Both the position numbers and the translations under genes were made by a program. Shown here in pieces: positions 1 through 13,893 of a DNA stretch of 64,000 nucleotides; positions within the stretch are counted from its first letter, which is position 1, and every line of letters starts with the position of its first letter. The notes beneath the pieces were generated by a model. The model was not told where the DNA came from and did not search any database. It was given only the letters and a program-made list of their open reading frames with translations. Location: contig OZ231126.1 in the NCBI GenBank assembly GCA_965153355.1, positions 10,912,001 to 10,976,000 of the forward strand, read 5' to 3'. Origin of the DNA: Flaccisagitta enflata (lineage: Eukaryota).

Positions 1-585
1 GCCAGCTGTGACTGTAAAATTGAGAACGTATAATCAAATCTAAAAGAAAAAATTAGGAAAAAAAAAACAGGAAAAAATAGCTAGAATATCATAATGCTTA
101 TCAAAAATAACTAAAATTAGCTAAAAATTGCATGATTAGCTAGACTTTTTTTCAAACTTTGCCAGAATTAGCTAGGTATAGCTAGATTAGTCAGATGAAT
201 TATTAAAATTTCCTGGAATTAGCTCGATTTAGCTAGTTTAGCTAGGTCTTTCTCAAAAAAGATAATTAGTTAGATAATTAGCTAGTAGCAAGATCCCCAA
301 ATTCTGTAGCAAAGAGGCTTTCAAATTCGCTAGGAAAAGCTACAAAATCGCTAAATTAGCAGCAGAGGTCGTATCAATAGTGTTGCTCATAATTATGAGG
401 GACCTGTAGCGCTAAAGCGTGACTGGTTTCAATTGCAGGCGAAAGAAAGAGTTAAATGTTGTCATGTTTCAAAAATGTTCGTAAACAACAAGATGAGTCT
501 GCTGCATATAACTTTGAAAATTTTCATGCATTAAGATATTCGTTAACCATCTTTTTGTCTGTCTGTCTGTCTCTTTCTCACTGTC

Positions 586-656
<71 letters not shown>

Positions 657-1085
657 TTTCAGACTACCATTCCAATTAAAGAACTCAACATTTTTTTTTG
701 CCCCACTGTTATACCTTTCTTTAATGCTTAATGTTATACCTTTCTTTAATGCCAATTCTTAGTTACCCTTTGCCTGAGTTTGTGGATTTCTATTTTTCGA
801 CTGTTTAAAAAACTTGAAATTTAGTTTGACACTTTTCTTGCGTCCGTCACAACTTCCCTCATGTCCATCTGCTTATGCAATCAATCAGTTAATCAATCAG
901 TCTGCCTGTCCATAAGTCAATACTGCAAAAGTATGTGTGTGTGCCATAGATGCGCTCTCCCTGGCTTGAGCTGTTTATGAGAAAGCTTACAAGCATATCT
1001 GTCTGAGCTTGGGGTTATGCTACCACTTTTAAACAAGCACTTGGCTTTACTAAATTATGAAGTTTGTCTCTGAAAAGAGAAAAAT

Positions 1086-1272
1086 AACAAGGCCGGATAC
1101 ACGGCCAATACCAGTTGCGGACGGGTGGGCAGGGGCGGAAATGCGCGTTTTCACACTTTCCAACTCGATCACCACGGACCAACGGACGGACCAACGGACG
1201 GACCAACGGACGGACCGACTGACTGACGGACGAACAAAGCCTCTTATGGAGTAGCGTGTCCGCAACTAAAAA
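1086..1272 (+). mobile_element. HINE/DINE-1-like (Helentron-associated) short repeat, family A
   Basis: AACAAGGCCGGATACACGGC... + (GGAC)n core + terminal hairpin + TAAAAA. Further copies at ~30720-30880, 30957-31147, 42238-42370, 44065-44235, 46400-46550, 60460-60672 (-) and 63575-63755 (-). Confidence 0.65.
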
Positions 1273-1430
1273 TACCAAATATTTGCCATTTATCTGATGG
1301 AGTGATATTCTTAGTTGCGGACACGCAACTCTATAAGAGGCTTTGTCCGTCCGTCCGTCCATCCGTCCGTTCGTCGGTTCTTTGGTCCGTTCGTCCGTGT
1401 GCACGAGTCAAAAAGTGGGAAAACGAGAGC

Positions 1431-1977
1431 TTTTTGGGCAGCGGCCCCAAAGGGCCGATGTCCTGTAGAACACAGGGGGGAATTTCAAGATGTCCGTCCT
1501 TCCGTCCGTCCGTCCGTTCCCCCCCCCCCGTTGACCATCAAGGCTTCAGATTAGCCCTCCCAGACGTCAGATTAGCCCTCCCAGACCTCAATTTAGCCCT
1601 CCAGGCCTCAAATCAGCCCTCATGGCTTCAAATCAGCCCCCCCCATGCCTCAAAACTGCCCTCCAGACCTCAAATCTGCCCTCCAGACCTTCAATCAGCT
1701 CTCCAAGCATGAAACCAGCCCTCCAAACCTCAAATCAGCACTCTGTGCCTTAATCATGCCCTCCGGCCCTCAAATATGCCTTCAGTGGCCTATATCAACC
1801 ATCTAGAGCCCCTTCAGGATAGACGGAAGGACGGATGTCTCGAAATTCCCCCCTGTGTTCTACAGGACATCGGCCCTTTGGAGCCACTGCCCTGCTCTCA
1901 CTCCACTTCTTCACTGGATCACTCCCAGCAGGGCATCGGGTACCGCTGACCATGTGCGATCCTTGGATGACTAGTTA
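1431..1977 (+). mobile_element. HINE-like repeat family B with internal ~21-bp minisatellite
   Basis: TTTTTGGGCAGCGGCCCCAAAGGGCCGATGTCCT with an internal inverted copy, (GTCC)n, CCCTCCAGACCTCAAATC-like units and a GGTACCGCTGACCA tail. Related copies at 11578-12105, 50215-50722 (-) and 56800-57488 (-). Confidence 0.65.
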
Positions 1978-2581
1978 TGTATGTATCTGTGTTGGGTGGG
2001 ACGTTGGTTATGGATGGGGGTTGACTGCCCCTGCCCACCCATCTGCAACGATATTGTGACCCCGTGTCACTTGTTACTGATGGATGAATATTTGAAAAAA
2101 CGCGTGGCTCAGCTTAGTCAAGGAACCTGATGTTTGTGGGGATCCTAAGTGAAGTTGAGCTAGCATGATGGCTAGGAAATTTGATCACGCTGTAAAGTGG
2201 CATGTATAAAAAATCTACTCAGCAGTTTGAATTGTATAGAGAACAGACAGTCTATCTACCCAATGATATCACAAGTGACTAACATTAGGTTCCTGAGGGG
2301 GGGGGGGGCGGCTTTCCTTTAAAGTTGGCAGCGTTTAGGGGAAATTTTTTCTCGATAGAAATTAGGGGCGGAATTAAGAGGCCTGAGAACTATAAGTGTA
2401 AAAGTTATAGCCATTGTATCAAACATATCTCAACAAATAAACACTATTGTGACGAATCCACACTATTATGGAAGCTTAGTATGAAGTTATGTTGTCCAAC
2501 CGTCATAAGTATTCTCCATTTCTCCCTATAATCACTGTTTTGTACCAGGTGTTCCTACTAATCAACACTCTCATGACACAG

Positions 2582-2764
2582 GTATTGTGCAAATTAACAC
2601 CGTTGCCGTCGTGGCTATCGATCGATACATTTGCATCACTCGGCCTATGTCGCCGATGAAGTTGAACCAAGCCAAAGCGAAGATGTGCGTAGGAGTTGTT
2701 TGGGGAATTGCCATTCTCATCGCTTTCTTCCCATTTTTAGGGTGGAACCAATACGTTCCAGAAG
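2582..2764 (+). CDS. Opsin exon (TM3-TM4-ECL2 start); the 5' exons were not found in the window and presumably lie upstream of it
   Basis: Acceptor acacag|gt and donor GAAG|gtaagc. Translates GIVQINTVAVVAIDRYICITRP...AFFPFLGWNQYVPEG, with the DRY motif and the opsin-type YxPEG (E181-equivalent). Confidence 0.92.
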
Positions 2765-2849
2765 GTAAGCAAGCTCAACCTCCCACACACAAATGCACGG
2801 CAAAGAATAAGACAGACAGACAGACAGACAGACAAGCACATTAGGTCGT

Positions 2850-3404
2850 TGGATGCATCATTTGAAGGACCAATAACGACACATGACATGGATTGGTTTA
2901 GTCAGGACTTGATTTATGGAACCATTGAATAAAACAATCTTTCATTCTAAATTTCTAATTATCCATTGAAGGACCAATGAAGCATTCTCTTCATCCATTT
3001 AAGGTCCAATCAGAAGACAGGACATGGGATACTGAATAAGTCGGAATTTTATTAGTTGAATTAATTGAAAAAACAATTACTCATTCCTTCGTTATATCCA
3101 TTGAAGGTCCAAAAACGACATATGGCATCAATTGGTTCAGTCAGAATTTCTTTCATGGAACTATTCAATGAAACAATAATTCATTCGATTTATCCGTTGA
3201 AGGTCCAATGACAACATGTGGTATTGATTGATAAAGTCAGGATTTCATTTAAAGAGCTATCCAATAAAACAAATGTCCATTCTCTTCATCCATTTAAGGT
3301 CCAATCACGACATGTGGTACAGATTGATTAAGTCGGGATTTCATTGACATTGATTGAATGAATTGATAAAACAATTACTCATTCGTTCGTTTTATCCATT
3401 TAAG
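2850..3404 (+). repeat. ~100-bp degenerate tandem repeat derived from the opsin 3' splice site plus exon start
   Basis: About six copies of TCCATT(T/G)AAGG(T/A)CCAAT..ACATGTGG..GATTG..AGTC.GGA.T precede the true acceptor at 3404. Confidence 0.85.
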
Positions 3405-3541
3405 GCCCAATGACGACATGTGGCATCGATTGGTTTAGTCGGGACTCTGGGGATCGATCTTACATCATCATGATCTTTCTCCTCAACTTCGTCATCCCGC
3501 TTTTTATAGCAGTGTTCTGTTACTACTTCGTTTATTCAACG
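3405..3541 (+). CDS. Opsin exon (ECL2-TM5)
   Basis: Acceptor tttaag|gc (phase 1, compatible with the previous exon) and donor ACG|gtatgt. Translates PMTTCGIDWFSRDSGDRSYIIMIFLLNFVIPLFIAVFCYYFVYST. An alternative in-frame donor CAG|gttccg lies 9 nt downstream. Confidence 0.9.
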
Positions 3542-3782
3542 GTATGTCAGGTTCCGTCAGTAATTCATTCATTCAATTATTCATTCCTTCGTTCATTCCT
3601 TTTTCATGTAGAGAAAATGAGGACAACAATTTAGAAACTGACGCATGATTCTGCTTGGTCGCATCTTCGGGGGTTCATTCATTCATTCATTCATTCATTC
3701 ATTCATTCATTCATTCATTCATTCATTCATTCATTCATTCATTCATTCATTCATTCATTCATTCATTTTTTTAACTTTATAG

Positions 3783-3888
3783 ATTCGAAACGTGGCCCGC
3801 AATGGTGTTTGGGACATCAATTCGGAGAAAGGAAAGAAAAACTTGGCAGCAGAAAAGAAGATGCTGAAAACTTGCATCGCACTTTTAC
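3783..3888 (+). CDS. Opsin exon (ICL3-TM6 start)
   Basis: Acceptor tttatag|ATT and donor TTAC|gtaaga. Translates IRNVARNGVWDINSEKGKKNLAAEKKMLKTCIALL; phases match both neighbours. Not in the ORF track. Confidence 0.88.
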
Positions 3889-4741
3889 GTAAGATTTAAG
3901 ATGATGTTTACTGTAACTGTCTTTGTTAGTTTCTCTGTCTGCCAGTCTTTAAGCGTGTGTGTGTGTGCAGGCGTGCTTTTTATTCTTTCCTTCCGGGTCG
4001 CATGTAAATCCTCCTTGTACCTTCCGACTTATCCAATATCATATTTCTGTCTAATAACTTGTTTAACTTCTCATATAAACCCATCTGACAAGCCTATTCC
4101 TCTTACAATTTATTAAAACTGAGCCTTAATGCCCAAATCCTTGGCAAATCCCTGTCAAATTTCAATCTAATGGCCTAAATCCAAAATGAGCGACAAAACT
4201 CTCATTTGCATATCGTAGTTACGAGATAATTGTTCCACTGCAACGGCTATAATCTTTAAAAGAAAGTCGATTGGAGTTAATTGTCAACTTAGATGAAAAT
4301 TCATATCATAACAAAGGAATCAAAGGACCATTTTTGCAACTAAAAAAGTTGCTAACATCCCTTTTTGCGTTATTCAGCCTTCTGCAACTAAAATTGATAT
4401 TTGTGTATCGATTTTTAAAAAGCTTCCTTCGTTGAAATTGTTTGGAAAAAAGTCGAAGAGACGAAGTCCCTTCGGTCGTTTTGAGTCCTGCAGAAAAAAA
4501 CGGATTTCTCTTTGTATTATGAAGCGTTTGAGAAAGTTGATGTATTTTGGGGGCAGAATGGGACTACGCATGAAATTCATATCTGAGAAAGAGCTAATTC
4601 TCCTCTTTCAGATGACGCCAAGCAGAATTCTGTGCGATCGATAGTTTTGGAGCTATGATTTTTTGAATCTTTTTTTATTTTTTCGTATTTTTCCCAAAAA
4701 CGCGGAATCGAGTTAATTGAAGTCTCTCTCTCTCTCTCTTG

Positions 4742-4802
<61 letters not shown>

Positions 4803-5351
4803 TCAGCAATTACGACTTTTTTCCTACGGCGATTAGCCGCCTTTATTGGTATGCTGTCTTCCGTTGACTTATCGCTATAATGGAGAGGACTGAGGACGCG
4901 AGATGACTTCATTCCTAGAATGGGATATGTGTGGCACTTTGAAGGTTTAGAACCCCCAAGTCAGCATGCGCAACTATGGATCTAAATTTGAACGGACGAG
5001 TTAAAAAGGCCAATTATTCACAGCCATAAACCACTTGGAAAGAGCGCAAAAAGGCTTAAGCAGCCTTGAGCAGGTATGCTCACATACACACTTTTTGTTA
5101 TTTGCATGCTTAAGACTTTAGATAAGTATGCTTATAAACAAAACGTCTTTTATGCAATTTGGAAAAAAAATCGATGTAATTATTTCATACAAAAAGATAA
5201 AAAGAATCTCAACTCAACTTTATTCTCTCTCTTCTTCTTCTTCTTCTTCTTCTTCTTCTTCTTCTTCTTCTTCTTCTTCTTCTTCTTCTTCTTCTTCTTC
5301 TTCTTTTTCTTGCAAGATCTTCCGAGAGGCGCTCATAAGCATATGCCTCCG

Positions 5352-7041
5352 CACACATCTCTGGATACCCCCCAAAGAAAATCAAAATACCCATTTTTTC
5401 TGACTGTGTAATTTGTCTTCAGGAACATGTGGGCTACTAAAAAAAACAAAAAACAAAAAAATTCATCTGAAATTTTTTCATTTATATCACTTTTTAGGCC
5501 AAAAAAGGGTATTTTTAGCGCTTTTTGAGCATGAAATTGTATATATAGCTTTGAAAATCTCAAAAAACACCGTAAATGTGTGGCATTAGCTAGAATATAT
5601 ATGTTTTCATCATTATCAAAAAGTTTTTATGGAATATCCCAAAGATGAGAGCATTAGAAAGTCAAAAAATGGCAAAACATCGTTTTTTTTATATTTTTAC
5701 ATTCTAATTTGTTAATACAGCATAAAAGCTCCTGAAAAATCCTAGAAACATGAGGCAATAGCTAACATATACATGTTTTAACCCTTATCAAAAAGTTTTT
5801 TTGGGAAATCTCAAAAATAAGAGTATAAAAAAAGCAAAAAACAGCAAAACATAGCTTTTTTCAGTATTTTTAAGTCTTAATTTGTTTATATTGTATAAAA
5901 ACTGCTGAAAAATCCTAGAAATGTATAGCAACAGCTATAATATACATGTTTTTACCTTTTATAAAAAGTTTTTTTAGGATATCTTAAAGACAAAAGCATA
6001 AAAAAAACCAAAAAACGGCAAAATATCATTTTTTTCAGGATTTTTACGTCTTAATTTGTCCATGCAGCATAGCAACTCCTGAAAAGTCCTGGAAATGTAT
6101 CATAGTAGTCTGAGTATAACTATTTTCACCCTGAACAACTAGTCAATCATAATAGTTTTGTGTTTTAAGCCTTAAGATAGCTTAAAAATAGCAAAATATT
6201 AGTGTTTTAAGCTATTTTAAGGCTCAAAACACAAAAGTATTGTGAATGACTAGTTATTCAGGGTGAAAATAGCTATACTTAGACTACTACTACACATTTC
6301 CAGGCTTTTTCAGGGGTTGTTATGCTATATGAACGAATTAGGACGTAAAAATACTGAAAAAAATGATATTTTGCTGTTTTTTAGTTTTTTTTATACTCAT
6401 ATCTTTATGATATTCCAAAAAAAAGAATTTTTAAAGATAAGAACATGTATATTCTAGCTGTTGCTATACATTTCTAGGATTTTTCAGCAGTTTTTATACG
6501 GTATAAACAAATTAAGACTTAAAAATACTGAAAAAAGCTATGTTTTGCTGTTTTTTGCTTTTTTTATACTCCTTTTTTTTAGATTTCCCTACAAAACTTT
6601 CTGATAAGGGTTAAAACATGTAAATTTTAGCTATTGCCACACATTTCTAGGATTTTTCAGGAGCTTTTCTGCTGTATTAACAAATTAGGACGTAAAAATA
6701 CTAAAAAAAACGATATTTTGCTATTTTTTGACTTTTTTATGCTCTTATCTTTGGGATATTCCAAAAAAACCTTTAGATAATGGTTAAAACATATATATTT
6801 TAGCTAATGCCACACATTTACGGTGTTTTTTGAGATTTTCAAAGTTGTACATACAATTTTATGCTCAAAAAGTGCTAAAAATACCCTTTTTTTGCCTAAA
6901 AAGTGATATAAATGAAAAAATTTCAGATGAATTTTTTTGTTTTTTGTTTTTTTTAGTAGGCCACATGTTCCTGAAGACAAATGACACAGTCAGAAAAAAT
7001 GGGTTTTTGATTTTCTTTGGGGGGGTATCCAGAGATGTGTG
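5352..7041. mobile_element. 1.69-kb foldback element, CAC..GTG termini, 4-bp TSD (Chapaev-like, non-autonomous)
   Basis: CACACATCTCTGGATACCCCC... / ...GGGGTATCCAGAGATGTGTG and TSD TCCG (5348-5351, 7042-7045). Inverted symmetry runs almost to the centre (~6190). Arms contain ~180-bp subrepeats. Confidence 0.85.
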
Positions 7042-7081
7042 TCCGAGTAGCGGCGCTACTCGCTTCTCCAGAAAAAGCACG

Positions 7082-7172
<91 letters not shown>

Positions 7173-7403
7173 CGTACGTGCGTGCGTGCGTGTGTGCATC
7201 AATATCCCTTGAACTCACGCCCAATGTGCATGGAAGTCGAACATGGGCCGAAAGTAAGACAACTTGTGGTCAAACTCATGTGGATGTGGAGATGGCCATG
7301 AGATATAAGGAAAGTATTTCCTGCCAGCTGCCTTACACAAGAAAGCGTGCGGGACTGCCATTCCTGACGCCGGGCCTGTACGTGAAATGTGCGGATATGA
7401 ATC

Positions 7404-7507
<104 letters not shown>

Positions 7508-7769
7508 TCAAATCTTCCTACACGATTGCGATAGTATCATTCATTATGATGTCGAAACCTCGTTTCAATTTCATTCTTTCATTTTTTTATTCATTCATTA
7601 TTCATTCGTTCATTCATTCATTTATTCATTCAATTATTCATTCATTCATTCATTCCATCATTCATTCATGAATTCATTCATTCATTCATTCATTCATTCA
7701 TTCATTCATTCATTCATTCATTCATTCATTCATTCATTCATTCATTCATTCATTCATTCATTCATTCAG

Positions 7770-7935
7770 TGGCGTTCGTGGTGGCGTGGACGCCCTACGC
7801 TCTGACGGCCTTCGTTAACGCTTTCGGCGACCCGAACAGCATTCCGATGTTCTTCCAATGTTTCACTCCCATTTTTGCCAAGACTCAAGCAACTTTAGAT
7901 CCTATCTTATACGTAGGAACCAACAAGAGATTTAG
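7770..7935 (+). CDS. Opsin exon (TM6-TM7, retinal-binding Lys)
   Basis: Acceptor cattcag|tg and donor TTTAG|gtgcgt. Translates LAFVVAWTPYALTAFVNAFGDPNSIPMFFQCFTPIFAKTQATLDPILYVGTNKRFR, with WxPY, the K296-equivalent in FAK, and (N/D)PxxY. Confidence 0.93.
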
Positions 7936-8015
7936 GTGCGTTAAGTGGCAAAATATGTGTTGATGAATGTTTTAAAATCTACCCGCACACAGATATTCAC
8001 ACACCGTATCTTTAA

Positions 8016-8291
<276 letters not shown>

Positions 8292-8380
8292 CAAAACATC
8301 TTACAAAACCTCGTACAAAACAAAACGATTTCTGATAAAAATTATGCCTTGTGTAACTGGCCACTTTTCTCACAATATAG

Positions 8381-8465
8381 GGAGGCGTTTCTGGAAATGC
8401 TGCCATGCCAATGTATGGCCGATGATGATGATGATGACGACGAGCCAAAGAAGGGTGGAAATAAG
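8381..8465 (+). CDS. Opsin exon (helix 8 / C-tail)
   Basis: Acceptor aatatag|g (phase 2) and donor AAG|gtaaaa. Translates EAFLEMLPCQCMADDDDDDDEPKKGGNK, with candidate palmitoylation Cys residues. Confidence 0.82.
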
Positions 8466-8586
8466 GTAAAACTGTGTTTTTTTCACGTTTGTATTATGCA
8501 ATTGTGATTTCATAGGACACAACTCGAACCTTCAAAACATTTCTGTCTCTCCACAATAAAGAGATAAGAGCTAAACAAATGTCAAC

Positions 8587-9462
<876 letters not shown>

Positions 9463-9622
9463 ATGTCAACAGTGTGCAGTGTGTGTCAGAGCTTTTGGAT
9501 GCTACAAAATACATTTATCCATTGAATTGAATGATTGATTCATTTTTTTTTCATTTCGTTCATCAATCGCTTCATATTGTATTTATTCATTTGTTCATTT
9601 ATAATCATTTATTTTGATAAAG

Positions 9623-9676
9623 GTGGCTCCCGAGGCAAGCACTCAAGTAACCGAGCAGACAACGGCCGTCGCTTAA
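9623..9676 (+). CDS. Opsin terminal coding exon
   Basis: Acceptor gataaag|GTG in phase 0. Translates VAPEASTQVTEQTTAVA* (Ser/Thr-rich tail); AATAAA follows within ~10 nt of the stop. Confidence 0.7.
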   Translation: MAPEASTQVTEQTTAVA

Positions 9677-12560
9677 GCGAGACAATAAAAAACGGTTATA
9701 AAACTCTCTTAATCTCGCTCTTGTCAAGCACATTCTTATCATTTTAACAAACACAAACACACAAACAAAAATTATTTATGTATCCAAAATGATTTGCGCT
9801 GGTTTTCCTTTTTGCTACAACTTGCGACCAATAATTTCATATGACCATCTGACACCATCACGCCTTATCGGGCAACGATGCGTCCTTATAACATCCTCAG
9901 ATGGAGTGAATATTGCTTTTAAAATGTCTGACAGATCGATATACAGAGGGACATCTTGGGTACGCTAACACGCATCTGACTTATGTGGAAAGGCACACTG
10001 ATTCATGGAATAACGGCATCTCTTATAGAGATGTGAGGTTGCACCTTCAGAAACGTTACGGACATTGTCATAGAAAAAAAAACCTCGACCTAGTACAGAT
10101 TTCTAGAACTGTTTTATCACAAATTTGTCTGTGTTTACTCTTAGTTTTAAAAAAAATCGTTAGCAGCTTTATGACATAGAAAATAACATGAGATGCAGTC
10201 CCAGATATATTGTAAAGAGCAACATAAAAGCCTGCAACATGCAGCACTAAGTATGTAACATATATAGTGACTACAAGCGTCTCCAGTATTCATGGCGGTG
10301 TACCAGAAGAGGGCGAGAATCATGTTGGCTTATAAAAAAAATATGTACTGTATCTGTAATCATCTCTCTGTATTTGCTCTTTTTTTACTTAGACGAGTCA
10401 AGAATGTTCATTTCTTTGTAGAAGATGCAGGTGTGAAAAAGTAAATTATTTTCCACGTTACTCTTAGCCCTGAGTGTTTTAGCCAGGTGCCTACAGTGTC
10501 AATGATTATTGTCTGTCAAAATTGTAGGTTCAATCATTAAATCTATGAAACGTTTTGATTGACGATTCACGGTCTCGTTAAATCATTCGTGATTATATGT
10601 AATCGTTTTTACTTAAGAAACGACCAAGCAAATCTTCGACTAAGCTGATTCTACTAGTATGCAATATGAAAAATACTTTAAGCTGGGTTGAGATTCCCTC
10701 ACAATGGATAGGTAACTCGATAGTTTTGTTGTTTCCATCTGGCTGCGAAAGATACTAACGTCAAAGGGTTGGACGAATGAAGCTATCAAACTATGTTCGG
10801 TTGCATAACATGAGAATAAGCTTTATCTAATTAGGAGCACTCAAGATAGTAAAGATCATTCATGATGAATCATAATATGCATAAACGACGTTTATAAAAC
10901 GTAAGCAAAGCTGTCTGGGACCAGGCCTCTTGAATCTTCGATTCTCTCGAGAAGCAAAACTGTCAAAATCATATCTTGACTTTTTGTAATTTTTTTTCTC
11001 TTAGATCAATGTAAGTAGTAAGTAACTAGTATGTAGCTGTATGTTGCCACTCTGCTCTGACGTTTATGTCGAATAAAAGATATTATATCTTGCCTCGGCG
11101 TAGACAACAATCTCATCTTAAATCTAATTGCGCTGAATTGATGACGACAAATTTACGAAAAGGTGTCCCTCGCCGCTTTATGAACAACAAAGAGCTCATT
11201 TGTACATCGCAGTTGCTCAATTTCTTCCAAATTCTATGACGCTAAGGTCACTTTAATCTGATTTGCTTGGGTGAATGTCGATGAAGATGCCCACTTGACT
11301 CCCGCTCTAAGGGCGTATTCCTAGTGAAGACGAATAAAAAATTCATTCCCGCCAAACGCGATTACAGCGTGAACACATATTCGAGAATTTCAACTGTCTC
11401 ACGAGAGAGTGAGCGAAGTGAGTGAGCGAGCCTGTGAATGGAGCAAGCGGGCAAAGCAAGCGTAGCGAAGTGAAGCTAGTGAGCGGAGTTAGCGGTGCGA
11501 ACGAACGAACGGAGCAAGCGATTGAGTGACCTGTTCAAAACGCGATTGTCTCTGACTAGAAACGCCCCCTCAGTATCCTTTTTGGGCAGCGGCCCCAAAG
11601 GGCCGATGTCCTATAGAACACAGGGGGGAATTTCCATACATCCGTCCTTCCGTCCGTCCTTCCGTCCGTCTGTCCTTCCGTCCCCCCCTCCCGTTGGCCT
11701 CAAATCTGCCCTCCCAGCCCTCAAATTTGCCCTCCCAGCCCTCAATTTAGCCCTCCAGGCCTCAAATCAGCTTTCCAGGCTTCAAATCAGCCCCCCCCCA
11801 CCTCAAATCTGACCTCCAGACCTCAAATCTGCCTTCCAGACCATCAATTAGCCCTCCATGCATAGAATCCGCCCTCCATGGCTTAAATTTGCCCTCCAAA
11901 CCTCAAATTGGCTCTCCGAGCCTTAATTCTGTCCTCCAGCCTTCAAATATGCCTTCAATAACCCTAATCAGTCATCTAAAGCCTGAAATATGCCCCCTCA
12001 GGACGTATGGAAATTCCCCCCTGCTCTCACTCCACTTCTTCACTGGATCACTCCCTGCAGGGCATCGGGTACCGCTGACCATGTGCGATCCTTGGATGAC
12101 TAGTTTATGTATATATGAAATCACTCTACTGGCGTCAGACATTTTCTTTGTTCAACCGACCTGATTACCTTCCGGGGGCATTTTACACGGCGGGGTAGCA
12201 ACCCTGCCTATTCACCCAGCGGTTCGGGGGGACTCGGAGTGGGGCAGGGGTAGTGGGGTTTACTGCCTATGAGGGCGCTTCCGCAGTAGGATTGTGAGTC
12301 AGGTGAAATGAACGATTTAGGTATCGTTGGCATCCGATGAAAAAGACAGATTAACCATTTTTTAGTCGCAGACTCGGGACTCTATCCGAGGCTCTGTCCA
12401 TCTATTTGACTATTTGTCCATCGATCCGTCGGTCACGCTTGAGTTAGAGAGTGTAAAAACACACGTTTAAGATGTTACGGTTGCGCGCGCGCTTGCGTGT
12501 GACAGTGTGTGTGTGCGTGTTTTTGTGCGTGTTTGTGCGTGTTTGTGCGTGTTTGTGTGT

Positions 12561-12704
<144 letters not shown>

Positions 12705-13430
12705 GCACGCCCCCACCCACATTTCTTGTCCTGTTATTAAGCTTTTACAAGATTGTTGCAGACTATTTGTTCTAAGACAAAAGATACATAAACTGTAGAC
12801 TGCAGACTATTTGTTCTAAAGATGCATAAACTAAGTTTTTGCAGAAGAACGGAATGTCCGCTGGAACAATGTTTGCTGTCATTGGATAAAAAGTATTGTA
12901 TTTTTTTTAATTTGATAAGGTTAATATGGTGATATTAGAAAATAAAAAATATATCTAGAATTGTAAGACGCTCACCTTTAATATGACTATAGACTTGACA
13001 TAATGTAAAAATTGTTTATTCTAAATATAATAACAAAAAAGAGAGAAAAAACAAAAAGATATCCTTGAAGAGAGTCTTGTTTAGCCTAACCATACGCAAT
13101 TAATGATTTGAAATATTGACTTGTTTCCCTGGAATCTCGTACAGCATGCTGTGACAATGATTCAAGCAAAATTTGAGAAAGCAAAATTTGAGAAGCTCAT
13201 CCTATTTTCTTAGTAATTTCTTAAACGCATGAAATATTAAAACTTTGCTTTGGCCAACTTCCTGTGCTTGCATCAAGCTGCACACTGAGATTCAACTACC
13301 CCTGATATCTATCTATGCGTGTGCAAAAGCTCAATACGATCTGTAGAGTCAGCTAGAGTCAGCTCGCGTTCAAAGATATTCCTCAAATATGCAAATTAAG
13401 TAAATGCAAAACGAAATTTATTTGGTAATG

Positions 13431-13602
<172 letters not shown>

Positions 13603-13848
13603 CAAGCACGCAGATAAAAATGCAGGAAAAGATTGGTATGAATAAATTCCTTACTTCAGATTATGAATTTTTTTAACACAATAATTTTCCAGATTCCGCT
13701 GAATTGAATAATTTTCTTTGTTTTTACAATACTCAGGTTTAACCATGTTTTATGATTTTTTTTGTTTTGAGCAATTTAAATAAAAAAATAAGAAAACAGA
13801 TAGCTCAGCAATGTCTACAAAAATCTACAAGCATCTTTCTCTCTCCAT

Positions 13849-13893
<45 letters not shown>

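Noticed and set aside
10200-11300. Non-repetitive stretch downstream of the opsin as a possible LINE remnant or extra exon
   Set aside because: No sustained reading frame or recognisable motif.
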